A program made the position numbers and the translations under genes. Shown piece by piece: positions 39,685 through 53,449 of a stretch of DNA of 64,000 nucleotides (within the stretch, counting starts at the first letter, position 1; every line of letters starts with the position of its first letter). The DNA comes from the human T2T-CHM13v2.0 reference genome, Homo sapiens. The stretch lies in assembly GCF_009914755.1 (NCBI RefSeq), contig NC_060942.1; one strand, given 5' to 3'. Below the pieces are notes generated by a model, which had not been told where the DNA came from, ran no database searches, and worked only from the letters and a program-made list of their open reading frames with translations.

Positions 39685-41213
39685 GGCAATCCTCCATTGC
39701 ATGGTAGTGCGGGACTATAAAAATGACTGCAAGCTGAAACTGTATTAAACACTCTTAATAGTCAAGGGGAAAAATTATGGTTGCTCTGTGACCTTTAAAA
39801 TTTCTTGTAAGAATATTAAAATCTCTCTTACTGTTGGTTTTAAGTGTATAGGAAAATGAAAAAATAATGAAACTAGTATTTATTTAGTACCTTGCATTTC
39901 ATTAGTAACAGCTTTATTGATATATAATTCACATACCATAAAACCCAAAGTACATAATTCATTACTTGTTAGTACAGTCATCCCTTGGTATCTGTGGGGA
40001 ATTTGTTTCAAGACCCTCTGTGGATACCAGAATCTGCAGATGCTCAAGTCCTTGATATAAAATGACATAGTCTTTGCAAATAACCTATGCATATCCTCCC
40101 ATATATTTTAAATAATTTCTAAATTACTTATAATGACTTATACAATGTAAGTGCTATGTAAATAGATGTTCTACTGTATTGTTCAGGGAATAATGACAAG
40201 AAAAGTTGTCTGTGCATGTTTGGAAAAGATGCAATTTTTTTTTTCTGAATATTTTTGATGCGCTATTGGTTGAATCCACAGATGTGGAACCTACGGATAT
40301 GAAGGATTGAGTGTATAGTCACAGAGTTGTGCAACCATCACCATGATGGAATTTCAAAACATTTTCATCACCCCTAAAAGAAATCCCATACCCATTAGCA
40401 GTCACTCCTTATTCCCCACTTCCAAAGCCCCAGGCAACAATTCATCTACTTTCTGTCTCTGTGGATTTGCCAATTCAGGATATTTTATAAAATCATACAA
40501 TCTATGTGGTCTTTTGTGATTGCTTCTTTCACTTAGCATAATGTTTTCAAGGTCACCCATGTGGTAGCATGTACCAGCACTTCAGTCCTTTTTATCAGTG
40601 AATACAATTCCATTGTATGGGTATACCACATTTTGCTCATCCATTCAATGGACATTTGGGTCACAATCACTTTCCTCATTTCTGTCAATAAATTCACCTT
40701 CAGCACGTTTTTGTGGCTGCTTATCTGAAGCCTCTCAATGGTGGCTGTATCAACAGTTCCACCATGAACTATTTCTTCTGTAACTCAATTTACATTTGAT
40801 TCAAGTTTCACTTACAGCATCACCACTTTTGGGCTTTTTTGCTGCAATTTCATCTTCGTTGGTCAGTTCCCTCTTTTGATTATCCATTGTGATGAAATGT
40901 CACATGGGAGACAAGAAGGCAACATAACTGCACACTTTGCTGTCTGTGCATGAACTGAGTAACAGATACACAGTGACCAGTCACTGATAGACTGAAAGTT
41001 GTATGATTGGTCACTGATCATGATGTGCATCTCTTATTTGCATAGTGATTTGTGGACTGAAGAGCTAGCAGTGAATTGTGTACTTTATGCAGTTACTTAG
41101 AGCTAATATACCATGGTAATTTGAATGTGCTGTTGAGGGAAGGTGTTATTTAACAAAAGCATAGCGGCTGAAATTCATGCATATCAGAACTGTGGGAAGT
41201 AAGGATGCCCTAT
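39685..41213. mobile_element. Tigger6-like element containing an L1MB (about 39900-40660) that itself contains MER2 (about 39973-40315)
   Basis: ggtagtgcgggactataaaaatgac... and ...gaaattcatgcatatcagaactgtg ends; MER2 starts tacagtcatcccttggtatc. Confidence 0.65.
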
Positions 41214-41882
41214 TTTCTACTGGAATACAGAGGGCAGCTAAAAATAGGTTTTGTCTAAGAAATTAGGATACAAAGAGTTTGGCATCTAGGTAACTAGAAA
41301 CCACTTGAATAGGCTGATGCATGTTAATTAATTCCTTTATTTTGGATATACATTGGATTTTTGAAACCCTACGAACAAGTAAATCAAAAGCATTTAAGTC
41401 CACCATTGAAATACTTATGAAGGTGGCAGAGAAAGATTGAGGTTAAACAAAGAAGTCAAGTTCTCTCACAAAGAAGAAAACATCTCAGTTTCCATAGCTG
41501 CTGGGAGACATTGGAAAGAGACACGGTGCACAGTCAAGCTCCTCCCCCAGCCCCTTCCCTGTTCTCATGAGGGCTTCACCGATTTCCTCTAGCAGTAGAA
41601 ACTCCAGACCACATCTCACTTGGCTGCTCTGGGATATCTGATATCATTTATACAATCTTCTAGAAATTCTCTCCCCCTTAACCCTGGTTCTCCTCCTTTT
41701 CCTCCTCTCTATAGTCCTTCTCAGTCCTTTTCACAATTTTCTTTTGCTCTATAACTCCAACCTTAGCCCCACATTTTGGTACTTGTCAGGGCCCCCCTTG
41801 TTTCTTTCTACCTTTATATGCATCCCTTAGAAGAACTCACTAGCTCCTGTGGCTCAACTATCACTTGTCTTCAAATATTACT

Positions 41883-42028
41883 GACTGGGTACAGTGGCTC
41901 ACGTCTGTAATCCAAGCACTTTAGGAGGCAGAAGTGGGAGGATCACTTGAACCCAGGAGTTCAAGACCAACCTGGGCAACATAGCAACACCTGGTTTCTC
42001 TATAAAACAAAACAAAATAAAAACAAAT
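41883..42028 (+). mobile_element. FLAM monomer
   Basis: Single Alu left arm with (AAAAC) tail. Confidence 0.85.
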
Positions 42029-44096
42029 ACTGATTATGATCATATATGTGCTCCACCCTGGTGAAGAGTTGGAAATGTCACCATGAATAAGACATTGTCC
42101 TTATTCTCAAAGAGGCCATTGAAACATGAAGAAGGAAACCTCAACCACTCTTATGGGTACAAGTAGGAGAAACCCTAGCAGAGGAAGAAACATTGATCTG
42201 TGTCTATAATGGATGAATAAGAGAAAGATTGGGAATGGATAATAAAATTGCACAAGATTTCTAGGCAAAAATGTTATATCTCTATTGAAGGCTATAAAAA
42301 TAGGCCTGAATAAATGGAGACACATCATGTTCATCATGTTCAAACTTGTCAATTCTTTTACTCATATATGTATTTGCTACACCTGTATGGTATTTGATAC
42401 CATAAAAATGGTATCATGCTGTACATAGCCAGTTCAACTTGGTTTGTTTTCAGTCAACATTAGGTTTTTGTGTTCTAAATGAAAAGCCAGTATATTTGTT
42501 AGTTCTTCACTGAGACAGTTATTTTGTTTCCTCTTGTTTTTTGGTCTTTTTTTCCCCACTTAGAGATAATAGGTGTTTCAGGCACAATTAAGGGTATATG
42601 TAAAGACCAGAAGTGAGAGAGGATACAACTGCATGTGGTTGAATAAGCTTAGCAAACATAATGAGAGAGGCAAATAGCAAGAGATGAAGCTGGAAGCACA
42701 GCCAGGGACTATTTCACAAAAGACGTTACATGCCATGCTTAGCACTCCCATATGTGTCTGTTCAGCACAGAGCTTGTTTCTAAGTCTTGCTTATGCAAAC
42801 CTCCATTGGACATTCCCTCCAGGTTGCATCTGGACACCTCACACTGACCATGTCTAGAATAAAATTTATTATCATGCCCTAAATGTCTTCTCCTCCCGGG
42901 TTTCCTACCTAAGCCAAAGTACCCATATTCACTCAGTGTCTAAGCAGGAATATCCACCACCTGTGACTTCTCCATCCCCCTCAGCCCCTACATCCAGTCA
43001 ATTCAACAAGCCTCCAGAAAGTTTCATATATGCCTCCTGCCACTGCCCCTGTCTTAATTCAAGTTCCATTCGTCTTTTACTTAGATTGTTGCTACCCATG
43101 CGTCTGGTCCTAAATTCCTCCAAGTTAATAATAACTGTCACAACAAGACCTACATCCAGTATCAGAGCTGTGAAATCTACCCAATCCCTGCACCTTGTCG
43201 GAAGTTATTGGTGTCCCTCCTGAGCCTCCATAGCACCCGGGACACATTTATTTGTAATATCACTCACATTGTGATAGCTCAGTTATTCCTTTATAAATCC
43301 CGTTCATTCATTGCAGTATGAGTGGCACCCATAAGAACTCAGTAATTTATCTCTGTTAAAGGAAAAACAAAAAGGATTACATAGAATGCTTAGGCGCTAA
43401 GGAAGCATTCTAGCTTCTTGAAATGTGAATTTTGATGTTTAAACAAAAAGATACAGTTAATGCTATTATGTCCATTTTCAACAGATAATCTGAAAGTTGG
43501 CAGAAAAAAAAAAGAACGGAGCAACCAATTTGAACAAGACTCAGCATTATAAATTCTAAAGAGTGACATACATTTAAGCAATCTTAGCCCACCTTGAATT
43601 TCAAGAACAGGTGAAAATTTCATTCTGTATTTGATTACCACCAATTCCACAGCCCCAAGAACCAACTGATGACAAATTATACTGATACTGGCACAAGAAC
43701 AAAGATAAATAGCAGCCTACAGGCCTCTCTGAAAAAACCAAACCTTTCAAGTTGGAGAGTAATCTACTTAAAAACTGTCTGGGGTAACAATTTTATAAAG
43801 TTTGATATCTGTTATTACTTCAAAATGTACCCAGTGTACTTTCTTCACACGGAGAACCCCAACAGCCTTCCTGACTCCGCCTCTGCTACTGCCACTCTTG
43901 TCAAAAGACATTCCAGAATGAATTTGTCTTGGGAACTTGACAGACATATCAGAAGTTCCCAGGGAAGTAGGAAGGAGGCAACACCTTAGTCATCACAGAA
44001 CAATGTGGAGCCATGACTACTGCAAATGTGCAAATCAGTGTGGCCTGAGAAGGATGTTTCCTTTGAGGGACAAGCTTTTAAAGGAGGCTGACGGGG

Positions 44097-44397
<301 letters not shown>

Positions 44398-44458
44398 GGA
44401 GGCCGAGAGGAGAAGATCCCTTGAGCCCAGGAGTTCAAGACCAACCTGGGCAACATAG

Positions 44459-44922
44459 TTTGAACCCCAAATATCTGAGACAGGTCTCAGTTAACTTAGA
44501 AAGTTTATTTTGTCAAGGTTGAGGACACGTGCCCATGACACAGCCTCAGGAGGTCCTGACGACTTGTGCCCAAGGTGGTCAAAACACAGTTTGGTTTTAT
44601 ACATTTTAGGGAGACATGAGACACCAATCAAGATATGTAAGATGAACATTGGTTCAGTCCAGAAAGGCGGGACAACGCGAAGCAAAAGCGGGACAACTCA
44701 AAGCAGGGAGTGGGCTTCCAGGTTGTAGGTAGATAACAGACACGGTTGCATTCTTTTGAGTTTCTGACGAACCTCTCCAAAGGAGGCAACCAGATATGCA
44801 TTTATCTCAGTGAGCAGAGGGGTGACTTTGAATAGAATGGGAGACAGGTTTGCCCTGAACAGTTCCTAGTTTGACATTTAGCTTAGCAATTTTGGGTCGC
44901 CAAGATTTATTTTCCTTTCACA
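44459..44922 (-). mobile_element. MER4A-like ERV1 LTR inserted into an AluJ (about 44398-45131)
   Basis: ctgagacaggtctcagttaacttagaaagtttattttg...cctttcaca; TSD atag; Alu halves on either side. Confidence 0.85.
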
Positions 44923-45185
44923 ATAGTGAGAACTTTAGCTGGGTGTGGTGGCACACACTTGTTATCCCAGCTACTAGGAAGGCTGAGGTGGGAGGATTGC
45001 TTGAGCCTGGGAGGTCAAGGCAGCAGTGAGCCGTGATCACGCCACTGCACTTCAGCCTGAGTGATAGAATGAGACCCTGTCTCAATAAAAAAAGAAAAAA
45101 AGAAAGAAAGAAAAGAAAAGAAAAAGAAAAAGGCAATAAGGTGATCAATCCTTATTTCTATGTAAATGTGCCTTTTCCCTATCAG

Positions 45186-45359
45186 CATACAGTGCATTCC
45201 AATATCACCACTTACACTGTGCTCCCCTGTGGCAAGGCTGCTGCAAGCACTGGGTTCCACAATACATGGAATACCCTGCCGAATGGAGGGCAAATCCACT
45301 TCCAGCTCTTTCCCCTAGCTTCTCGTGACAATGACAGCGGAGATGATAAGAACAGCTGA
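45186..45359 (+). pseudogene. Decayed exon, start of TAGT-like domain 2 (3' end uncertain)
   Basis: Acceptor ccttttccctatcag|; HSNITTYTVLPCGKAAASTGFHNTWNTLPNGGQIH resembles recalled GREB1 [34 protein letters not shown]. Confidence 0.6.
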
Positions 45360-45806
45360 CAGTTTTCAGGTGCTTCACGCCTTTATATACCTGAGCCTCC
45401 TGGGAAAGTGTCTCTGCCAGTTGTGACAACAAAAATCTGCAACAGCACTGATAGAGTAGAGCAATTCAGCTGACTTTATTCTCCTGAGCCATCCAGCTGT
45501 TTACACTTCCAAGGTGTCAGCACCTCCGAAAGAATGAATCAAACCCTCTTGGCGTAGGCTTTGGTCATTTAGACCATCTGCTCTAAAAAGAAATAGAAGA
45601 AATTTAAACAAGAAGCCTTTAAAAATATTTTAGTTGAAAGAAATGCCATTATTTGGTATGGCAGTAGCTGGCAAGAATCATCTTCTCAACAAAGCTTCAG
45701 ACATTTTCTGCTTAAAATTTTTAGAAGCAAGTTTCTACTCCTTCTTGTCTCCATTATGATTCTAATTACTTAAATTGAAAAGCATTGTGCTGTAAAAAAT
45801 TAACAG

Positions 45807-45980
45807 TTCTGAGCAAGATGCCATTGTGAAATGATCTACATTTTCACGTAGATCCAAGTCGCAGGAGTTTTCTCGAATAAGAGATGGCATTGTTCCTTTG
45901 ATAGCAGCATCCCAGTTCTGTTTTCTTAGCTTCTTAGAATATGGAGCTAACAAGGATAAGGTTTTGGGTTTGCTTCCCAA
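45807..45980 (+). pseudogene. Decayed exon of TAGT-like domain 2
   Basis: Strong donor aa|gtaagg, weak acceptor; GIVPLIAASQFCFLSFLEYGANKDKVLGLLP resembles recalled GREB1 [26 protein letters not shown]; one TGA. Confidence 0.5.
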
Positions 45981-46302
45981 GTAAGGAAATTATCATCAGA
46001 GGAAGAAAGGGCAACAGTTTTCACTGATAGCAACACTGCTAGAATTCCCAAAAAGCAATTCAACATGCTTGTCCTTTGCAGCAGTAGATCAGCGCTGTCA
46101 ACTCTCCATATGAAAAACAGCACAGATGTTGTGCAGCTATTATGTAAAATGGTCCCCAGAGTCAAAGGCCATGGAGAGTTCTAGCACAAAACAGACAGGG
46201 ACAAGCCACTGGACTGCGGACATGGAGGCCAGTGGTGCCTGGTGAGAGTCACTTCCATGTGCCTTCCATCTCTTTGTCTTCCTCCCATGGAATCCTGTGC
46301 AG

Positions 46303-46450
46303 CCATACAGTTTTGAAGGGACAGGAAAGAGTGGGAGGAAGATGCTTTGGATGAAGAAGAAGGACTGTTCCATCTTTTGATAACTTTAAACCACTTTTCG
46401 TTTTTCTCTGTCCTTTGGATAAACTGATCCAGAGAACCATTTGGATCTTC
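46303..46450 (+). pseudogene. Decayed exon of TAGT-like domain 2 (3' end uncertain)
   Basis: Pyrimidine tract then gtgcag|; phase 2 matches the previous donor; HTVLKGQERVGGRCFG*RRRTVPSFDNFKPLFVFLCPLDKL. Confidence 0.45.
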
Positions 46451-47216
46451 CCCCTCTCTCTTCTTTTTTCTCATATTCCCACCAGCCTTTCTCACCACCT
46501 GCAAAGCCTGAGAAGCACCTGATTGTAAGGTCATTATAACGGTCTCTAACCATTTCTGTTTCCCTAATCCAACCTCACAGCTGAGTCACAAGGGCTCAGG
46601 TAGGTAAAGATAGAAAGGGGATGGAAGGATGGTTGGGTAGATGGGTGCATGAAAGGACATTAAACTTCTTTTCTTTCTTGAAGATATATTTGCATTGTCA
46701 ACAGCCAGTTAAACTGGCTTAATCTGAAAATTTAATGAGGAAGGGAAGAGGGTATTTAGTACCGGTGACTGCTATGCTCCAGGATATATTCAGGAGTAAA
46801 GCCAGAACTTCCAATGGCCACTCAGAAAAGCAACGACATAAGTGGGGAGGCGGAGGGGAGAAGGGAGACTAGGAATAGGAACAGAGAGAGCAGAACAGAA
46901 CTCTTAGCAGGAGAAGATACTGGCCTTTCATTAAACTTCATCTAATTCCTCGGCAGGAGTGACATGCATCTGCAGCTCACATCAAAGCATTCATTGCATT
47001 GGGTCAAACTCATAAAACCAGATCCAGGACTCATCAACTTTGTTCCCGTATTAGTAGCATCCTGAAGGAGCAGGTCTACCAGATAAACTAAGAGGTCCCT
47101 TGAGTGAGCCTCTCGCCACACAAGCTCTCAAATGCAGAGAAGATCCAGGGGATGGATTGCAGAGAAGACCCAGGGGATGGATAACAGGTCCTCCTCTCAT
47201 TATTCTCCGGTCTCAG

Positions 47217-47572
47217 ACTCCAGTGAGTTTGGTCAGCCTCCGAGGCCCTGGAAGCATTTAGAACAGCAGCTCCAGCCATCAGACTGACATGAGATAAGAT
47301 CTTATAAGCCAGAATGTCGGTTAGCATTACATAAGACTCAGGGGCTTAACAAGTGAAATGCCACTAGAAGGCTTCACTCTGAGATGCAGAGAATGTTCTT
47401 GTGATGGTGTCAGGCCCTGTTGCAGAGGCCTGTGGTGGTATGTCTAACTTACGCCAAATCTGGATCAGGACTCAGAGGACTTGCACACAGAGATCCTGGG
47501 GGGACATTCTCTTCTACATCCTGGATCAGGTCATGGATGCCACAGAATTACTGAGAATGAGGCACTTCTCAA
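47217..47572 (+). pseudogene. Decayed exon, C-terminal half of TAGT-like domain 2
   Basis: Acceptor ttctccggtctcag|, donor aa|gtaagc; KHLEQQLQ...SEMQRMFL*WCQALLQRPVVVCLTYAK; three TGA and probable frameshifts. Confidence 0.45.
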
Positions 47573-48198
47573 GTAAGCCCCTGAGGGCAACAGTTAAAAG
47601 GACAACCGGGTTTATCATAAACTTTCAACTTCCTGGTTTCAATTGGATCCAGACACATAAATACCAGAAATATCAAAGGGAAAAGGAAAGTCACAGAGCT
47701 CTATACATGTCCAGAAAAATATGGCAGGAATGTTCCAGAAAAGCCAAACCATTAGCAATCTTGACATTAAAGAGTAGTGAACTCCACCTTTAGGTTTATG
47801 TGCTGATATTTTTATCTTCACATTGTGCTGATATTTTTATATTCACATTTCATGTTGAACTCTGATACTCAAACTTGTGGCCCAGTAAATTGCTTGTGCT
47901 ATTATCTGCACTTTCAAAATGAGGAAAAAAAGATCATGATCTTCTCACCACTGTGTGGCACTGCATGTGCCTTTGGGGATTTCTAAGTACTAACTTATAT
48001 ATGACTCTTGCCGGGTACAGTGTCATGCACCTACTCAAGTGCTGAGGTGGGAGGATGGCTTGAGGATGGTCCCAGCTACTCGAGGCTGAGGTGGGAGGAT
48101 GGCTTGAGCCCAGGAGTTTGAGTACAGCCTGGGGAACACAGTGAGACCCTGTCTCTAAATTAAATAAAATATATAACTCTTAAAAAGTGTACACATAT

Positions 48199-48542
48199 TG
48201 GTATGGTTTTGCTGTGTCTTCACCCAAATCTCACCTTGAATTATAATAATCCCCACATGTCAAGGGCAAGGCCAGGTGGAGATAATTGAATCATGGGAGT
48301 GGTTTCCCCCATACAGTTCTCATGGTAATGAATAAGTCTCACAAGTTCTGATGGTTTTATAAATGGCAGTTTCCCTGCACAAGCTCTCTTGCCTGCTGCC
48401 ATGTAAGACATGACTGCTCCTCATTCGCCTTCCACCATGATTGTGAGGCCTCCCCAGCCATGTGGAACTGTGAGCTCTTTCCTTTATAAATTACCCAGTC
48501 TTGGGTATGTCTTTATTAGCAGCATGAGAACAGACTAATACA
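48199..48542 (+). mobile_element. THE1B-like solo LTR
   Basis: tggtatggttttgctgtg...agactaataca; TSD catat. Confidence 0.9.
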
Positions 48543-48993
48543 CATATGTTAGGCATATCTCATAAACCAAGACTGAGGAAACATCATGGAACAAATTTGT
48601 CTGAAACTATTTATGGGAACCCTTGGAATAAAAAGTAGGGATGAACCTTCTGAGTTCACTGAAATGGATTTCAGTAGATGGAAATTTCTTTGAAGGGAAA
48701 TGAAAAGTTGAGTGATGCTCTGCCCCAAGGAAGAAGCACAGTATTCCTAAAATCTACACTATCCCCAGATGCAGCCAAGGGGTCAGGGACCATCCTCCCC
48801 AAACATGCAGGCACAGCCCGGATTTTGCCTCAAAAATGAATATTCAAAAGAAACAGGGCAAATGATTTCTTTGGGACCATTTTTTTTCTTTTCTGTTTTC
48901 ATGTTTCTGTAGCTAACCTCTTATGGTAAGGATTTGAGTGATATGTGTCAAAGTACTAAACAATCAGAGAAGTGAAAAATTTACCTCCCCAAG

Positions 48994-49432
48994 TGTACTC
49001 ATTTCCTGTGGCTGCCATAGCAAATTATCACAAACAGAGTGGCTTGACCAATGGAAATTTATTTTTTCACAGTTCCAAAGTCCTATATCCAGGTACCAGT
49101 AGAGTGCTGCTCCCTCTTAAGGCTCTCGGGGTGGATCCTTCCTTGCCTCTTCCAGCTTCTGGTGACTCCAGGTTTTCCTTGGCATGTGGCTGCATCACTC
49201 TCAGCCTCCAGCTTCACATGGCCTAATCCTTCTTGTGACTTCTCTTCTGTTCCTTTTAAGGACTTTTGCCATTGGGTTTAGGGACCACCTGGATAATCCA
49301 GGATGAGCTCATCTTAGCATCCTTCATTGTATCTGCAGCGACTCCTTTTTTCCTAATAAGGTCACATTCACAGATGCTGGGGGCTAGGATGTGGAGAGAT
49401 CTTTTGGGGCACCCATAATTCACACCACTATA
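48994..49432 (-). mobile_element. MLT1C LTR
   Basis: tgtactcatttcctgtggctgccatagc...; TSD ccaag/ctaag. Confidence 0.8.
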
Positions 49433-49854
49433 CTAAGTATACTGTGAACTTCCATGTCTTTGCAAACTTCAATTGCTTAAAAATAGACAACCAATATTTA
49501 CTTCCATCCTTTAATGCTGATTAAAAGAAAACTGAGGAAAGCTCTTCATCCTTCTGCTTCACATGCCATCTGGAACGCAGCTGGCATATGCTTCAAAGGT
49601 GAATGTCAAGAATCTGGTGCAAGTGTGCCCCAAGCCAACTGCACACACGTAGTCAACTTCAGGAGCATGTTTTCCTAAGTATACTGTTCATACTTGATTA
49701 TCTATATGCAATGGAAAAAGTCTAGTTTCCACACCACCTGGTTAGCTGCAGTGATTGCATTTTCAGAAACAAAAATCTACAGATGCTCTTATGCTGATGA
49801 CAAGACAAAATGTTTGGGAAAACTATGCATTTAAAATTTTTTTTAAAAGTCTCA

Positions 49855-50040
49855 TTGTTTACTAGCTGTGAGATCTTGGGCAAGTTATTTATAATTATCC
49901 AGTGTTTCAGTTTTCCCATCTGTAAAATAGTATAATAATACCTACCTCACAGGGTTCTTATAAGAATTAAAGAGGTTAGTATTTGTAAAGCATTTAAAAC
50001 AGCGTCTGGCACATTGTAAGGACTACACAAGAGTTCATGA
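49855..50040 (+). mobile_element. MIR
   Basis: actagctgtgagatcttgggcaagttattta...ttttcccatctgtaaaat. Confidence 0.85.
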
Positions 50041-51515
50041 AAATTTTGTTAAAAGCCACAGTGAGAAATCACACTAAATGCTGAAGAGATACAAACACAT
50101 TCAATGTATGCATATCAATTAAAGGTTTTGGTCACAAGTAACAGAGATGCAGACAAAAGTTTTTAGGATACAAATGGCTTGTAGAGTAACTAGGCAGGCT
50201 TAACAAATGGTTGGGGACCAAGGGAAGCTGGGCCACAGAGGACGCAGCCAAGGGGACCTGCAAGGAACATCATTGCAGTTTCCTTGGATGCCATAGCTAG
50301 TGTCTGCCCCAGCTGGGCTGCTAAGAACCACTATATGGGGCCACCTTCAGCTTCTATAGTGGGAGGCAGAGCACTGCATCCCCCCAAGACCCCTTTAATA
50401 GAAATCCACGCAAATAAGAAGGTAGAACGCTGACAATCAAAATAACACCTCCACAGTATGGCTTGTCTACATAAAATCACTGGATTTGTAAAGTTGGATT
50501 GAGAGGAAAGCATACCGATAAGAGGCTGCCTCATACTGAACTGTATGAAATAAAAAAACTGCACCACTTCCTGGCTGTTTGACTTGGGTGAGTTAACCTG
50601 AATCTTAGTTTCCTTTGATAAACGTGACTGATAGTAGATTATATCTGTTACTTCTTCTAAAGTGTTTAGTTCAGTGCCTTACACATGCTGATGGTTCATT
50701 AAGCACGAATGCCTACAAACATGTGATCAATGGAATTAAATCTTTTACTTCTGAATATAAATTGAGTTCTGTATTTCATTGTAGAACTATGCTTATTTGA
50801 ACTCTTCCCTCAAGCCCCTTCTCAATTGCTGGCCTTCTTGGCACATCAGTTTTCCTGAGCTTTCTCTCTCGGAGTCTCTGAGTACTTGTTGCACGGATTG
50901 CTCGTAAGGCAAATATCACATGCTGCCTTTATTCACCAGCTGTATCATCTATACCCATACTTTAAGTATGCAGTGCACTAAGAAGCTAATGTTCTTATTC
51001 AGAGGTGAAGCCTGTAAACAAATTTAATACAATTTAATGTTTCAATCTAATCTAAGTCATAAGTGCATTGAGACCAATAAACATGTCATGGGGCAGGCAG
51101 TATTATCACAGTATTACAGATGAATCAGTTGAGACTCAGAGGGGTTTGTCTAAGGTCACACAACTAATAAGAAGCAGAGCCCAGATGGGTCTGTGTGATT
51201 CTAGAGTGCATAAATTCTGCCTCCTAAACTGCATTATCAGTTTCTTGAGGGCAAGAATTAGGTTGAATATGCCTTTGTGTTTCCCTTATAACCTGGTAAA
51301 GTCTTGAAAGAGGCAGGGCTCTAGCTTTGAGGACCAATAGATAAAATAGCAAACATTTTAAAACCATACAACCCATTGGTGAATGGCTAGAAAGCCAATG
51401 TGTTCCTTGTTTTGTTCTGTTTTCTGAATCTAATAAGTGAGACGTGGTCTCACTATGTTGCCCAGGCTGTCCTTGAACTCCTGGACTTAAGCAATCCTCT
51501 TGCCTCAGCCTCCTG

Positions 51516-52464
51516 TGTTGGAGCTCCCACACAGAGTCTCCACTGGTGTACTGCCTAGTGGAGCTGTAAGAGGCCACTGTCCTCCAGACCCCAGAATGGT
51601 AGATCCACCAACAGCTTGCACCGTGCACCTGAAAAAGCCACAGACACTCAATGCCAGCCCATGAAAGCAGACAGGACTGGGGCTGTACCCTGCAAAACCA
51701 CAGGGGTGGAGCTGCCCAAGGCCGTGGGAGCCTAACTCTTGCATCAGTGTGACCTGGATGTGAGACATGGAGTCAAAGGAGATTATTTTGAAGCTTTAAG
51801 ATTTAATTGCTGCCTTCTTGGATTCTGGACTTGCATGGGGCCTGTAGCTCCTTCGTTTTGGCCAACTTCTCCCATTTGAAACAGGTGTATTTACCCAATA
51901 TCTGTACCCCTACTGTATTTAGGAAGTAATTTTGATTTTACAGGCTCATGTAAAGGAAGGGGACTTGCCTTGTCTCAGATGAGACTTTGGACTGTGGACT
52001 TCTGAGTTAATACTGAAATGAATTAAGACTTTGGGGGACTGTTGGGATGGCATGATTGGTTTTGAAATGTGAGGACATAAGATTTGGGAGGGGCCGGGGG
52101 AGAATGCTATGGTTTGGCTCTGTGTCCCCACCCAAACCACCTTGAATTGTAATAATCCCCACTTGTCATGGGAGGGACCTTGTGGGAGGTAATTAAACCA
52201 TGGGGGTGGGTTTCTCCTGTGCTGTTCTCATGATAGTGAATAAATCTCATGAGATCTGATGGTTTTATAAAGGGGAGCTCCCCTGCACATGCTTTTTTTG
52301 CCTGCCACCATGTGAGACATGACTTTGCTCCTCATTCACCTTCCACCATGATTGTGAGGCCTCCCCAGCCATGTGGAACTGTAAGTCCATTAAATCTCTC
52401 TCCTTTTGTAAATTACCCAGTCTTGGGTATGTCTTTATTAGCAGAATGAGAACGAACTGATACA
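51516..52464 (+). mobile_element. 5'-truncated THE1 internal sequence plus 3' LTR (52105-52464)
   Basis: cctagtggagctgtaagaggccactgtcctccagacccc...; PPT-like ggggccgggggagaa before tgctatggtttgg. Confidence 0.9.
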
Positions 52465-52689
52465 AAAATGCACCCCAAAGAAAACCAATGGCAAATTAAT
52501 CTACTGATTTTTGTATAGTTATATGTAAAGTTCAACTAAGACCTTGAACCAATGCCTTGATTATGGCCATCTCTGAACAAAACATTGTAACTCAATATCA
52601 TAATGTTTAAATTCCCGCAGCTGTGGAGTTCCCCTGGGAAACCAGACAGTTCAATCTTGTTTTTTCAGAAGGCCTTATTTAAGAAACCT

Positions 52690-52957
52690 AACTTATTACT
52701 TTTTTATCTTTTTTTTATTGTACTTTAAGTTCTAGGGTACATGTGCACAACCTGCAGGTTTGTTACATATGTATACATGTGCCATGTTGGTGTGCTGCAC
52801 CCATTAACTCATCATTTACATTAGGTATATCTCCTAATGCTATCCCTCCCCCTTCCCCCCACCCCACAACAGGCCCCGGTGTGTGATGTTCCCCATCCTG
52901 TGTCCAAGTGTTCTCATTGTTCGATTCCCACCTATGAATGAGAACATGCGGTGTTTG
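52690..52957 (-). mobile_element. Short L1PA 3' end
   Basis: tactttaagttctagggtacatgtgcacaac...gagaacatgcggtgtttgg. Confidence 0.9.
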
Positions 52958-53449
52958 GAAACCTATTTTTAACAAGTACTTATATTTGTAATTTCATCAA
53001 GTATGTCAGGAACATAATCAGATTTAGAGTGCTTAACCAAAAAAGGCTTTACTTTTCTCATGTATCCAGAAGCTGCAGGTGAGCTTTTCTAGGGTGGTAT
53101 GGTGAGCAGCTAAGGGATTCTACCATGGACTCAGTCATCATCCATCTTCCAGCTAAGCCTTCCTTTCCAGGTAGTTTCATTTTCAAATGCATTATTCCTA
53201 GGTTGCAAAACTGCTCCACCTCCAGCAGCATGCCTACATTTCAGATACAGGAGGAAAAGGCAACAGGCAGGAAGGAACATCAGCTCCACTGAGGTTTCCA
53301 GAAGCTCTACCCAGAGACTTCTGTGTGTACATAATTGGCAAGAGCTGCACTGCATTGGCATGCATCATTGCAAGGGAAGATGAGTTTTTTTTCTTTTTTT
53401 TTCTTTTTAATTGTTGTTGTTGTTTTTTAAATCCCAGTATACTTTTTTT

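Noticed and set aside
45807-45980. Ankyrin repeat (GIVPLIAA...FLEYGANKD)
   Set aside because: It is four residues short of the consensus spacing, a single copy, and better explained as a TAGT strand-helix segment.
47401-47793. Stand-alone 130-aa ORF
   Set aside because: It starts at GTG, runs through a strong splice donor at 47573, and only part looks protein-like; treated as part of the decayed exon.
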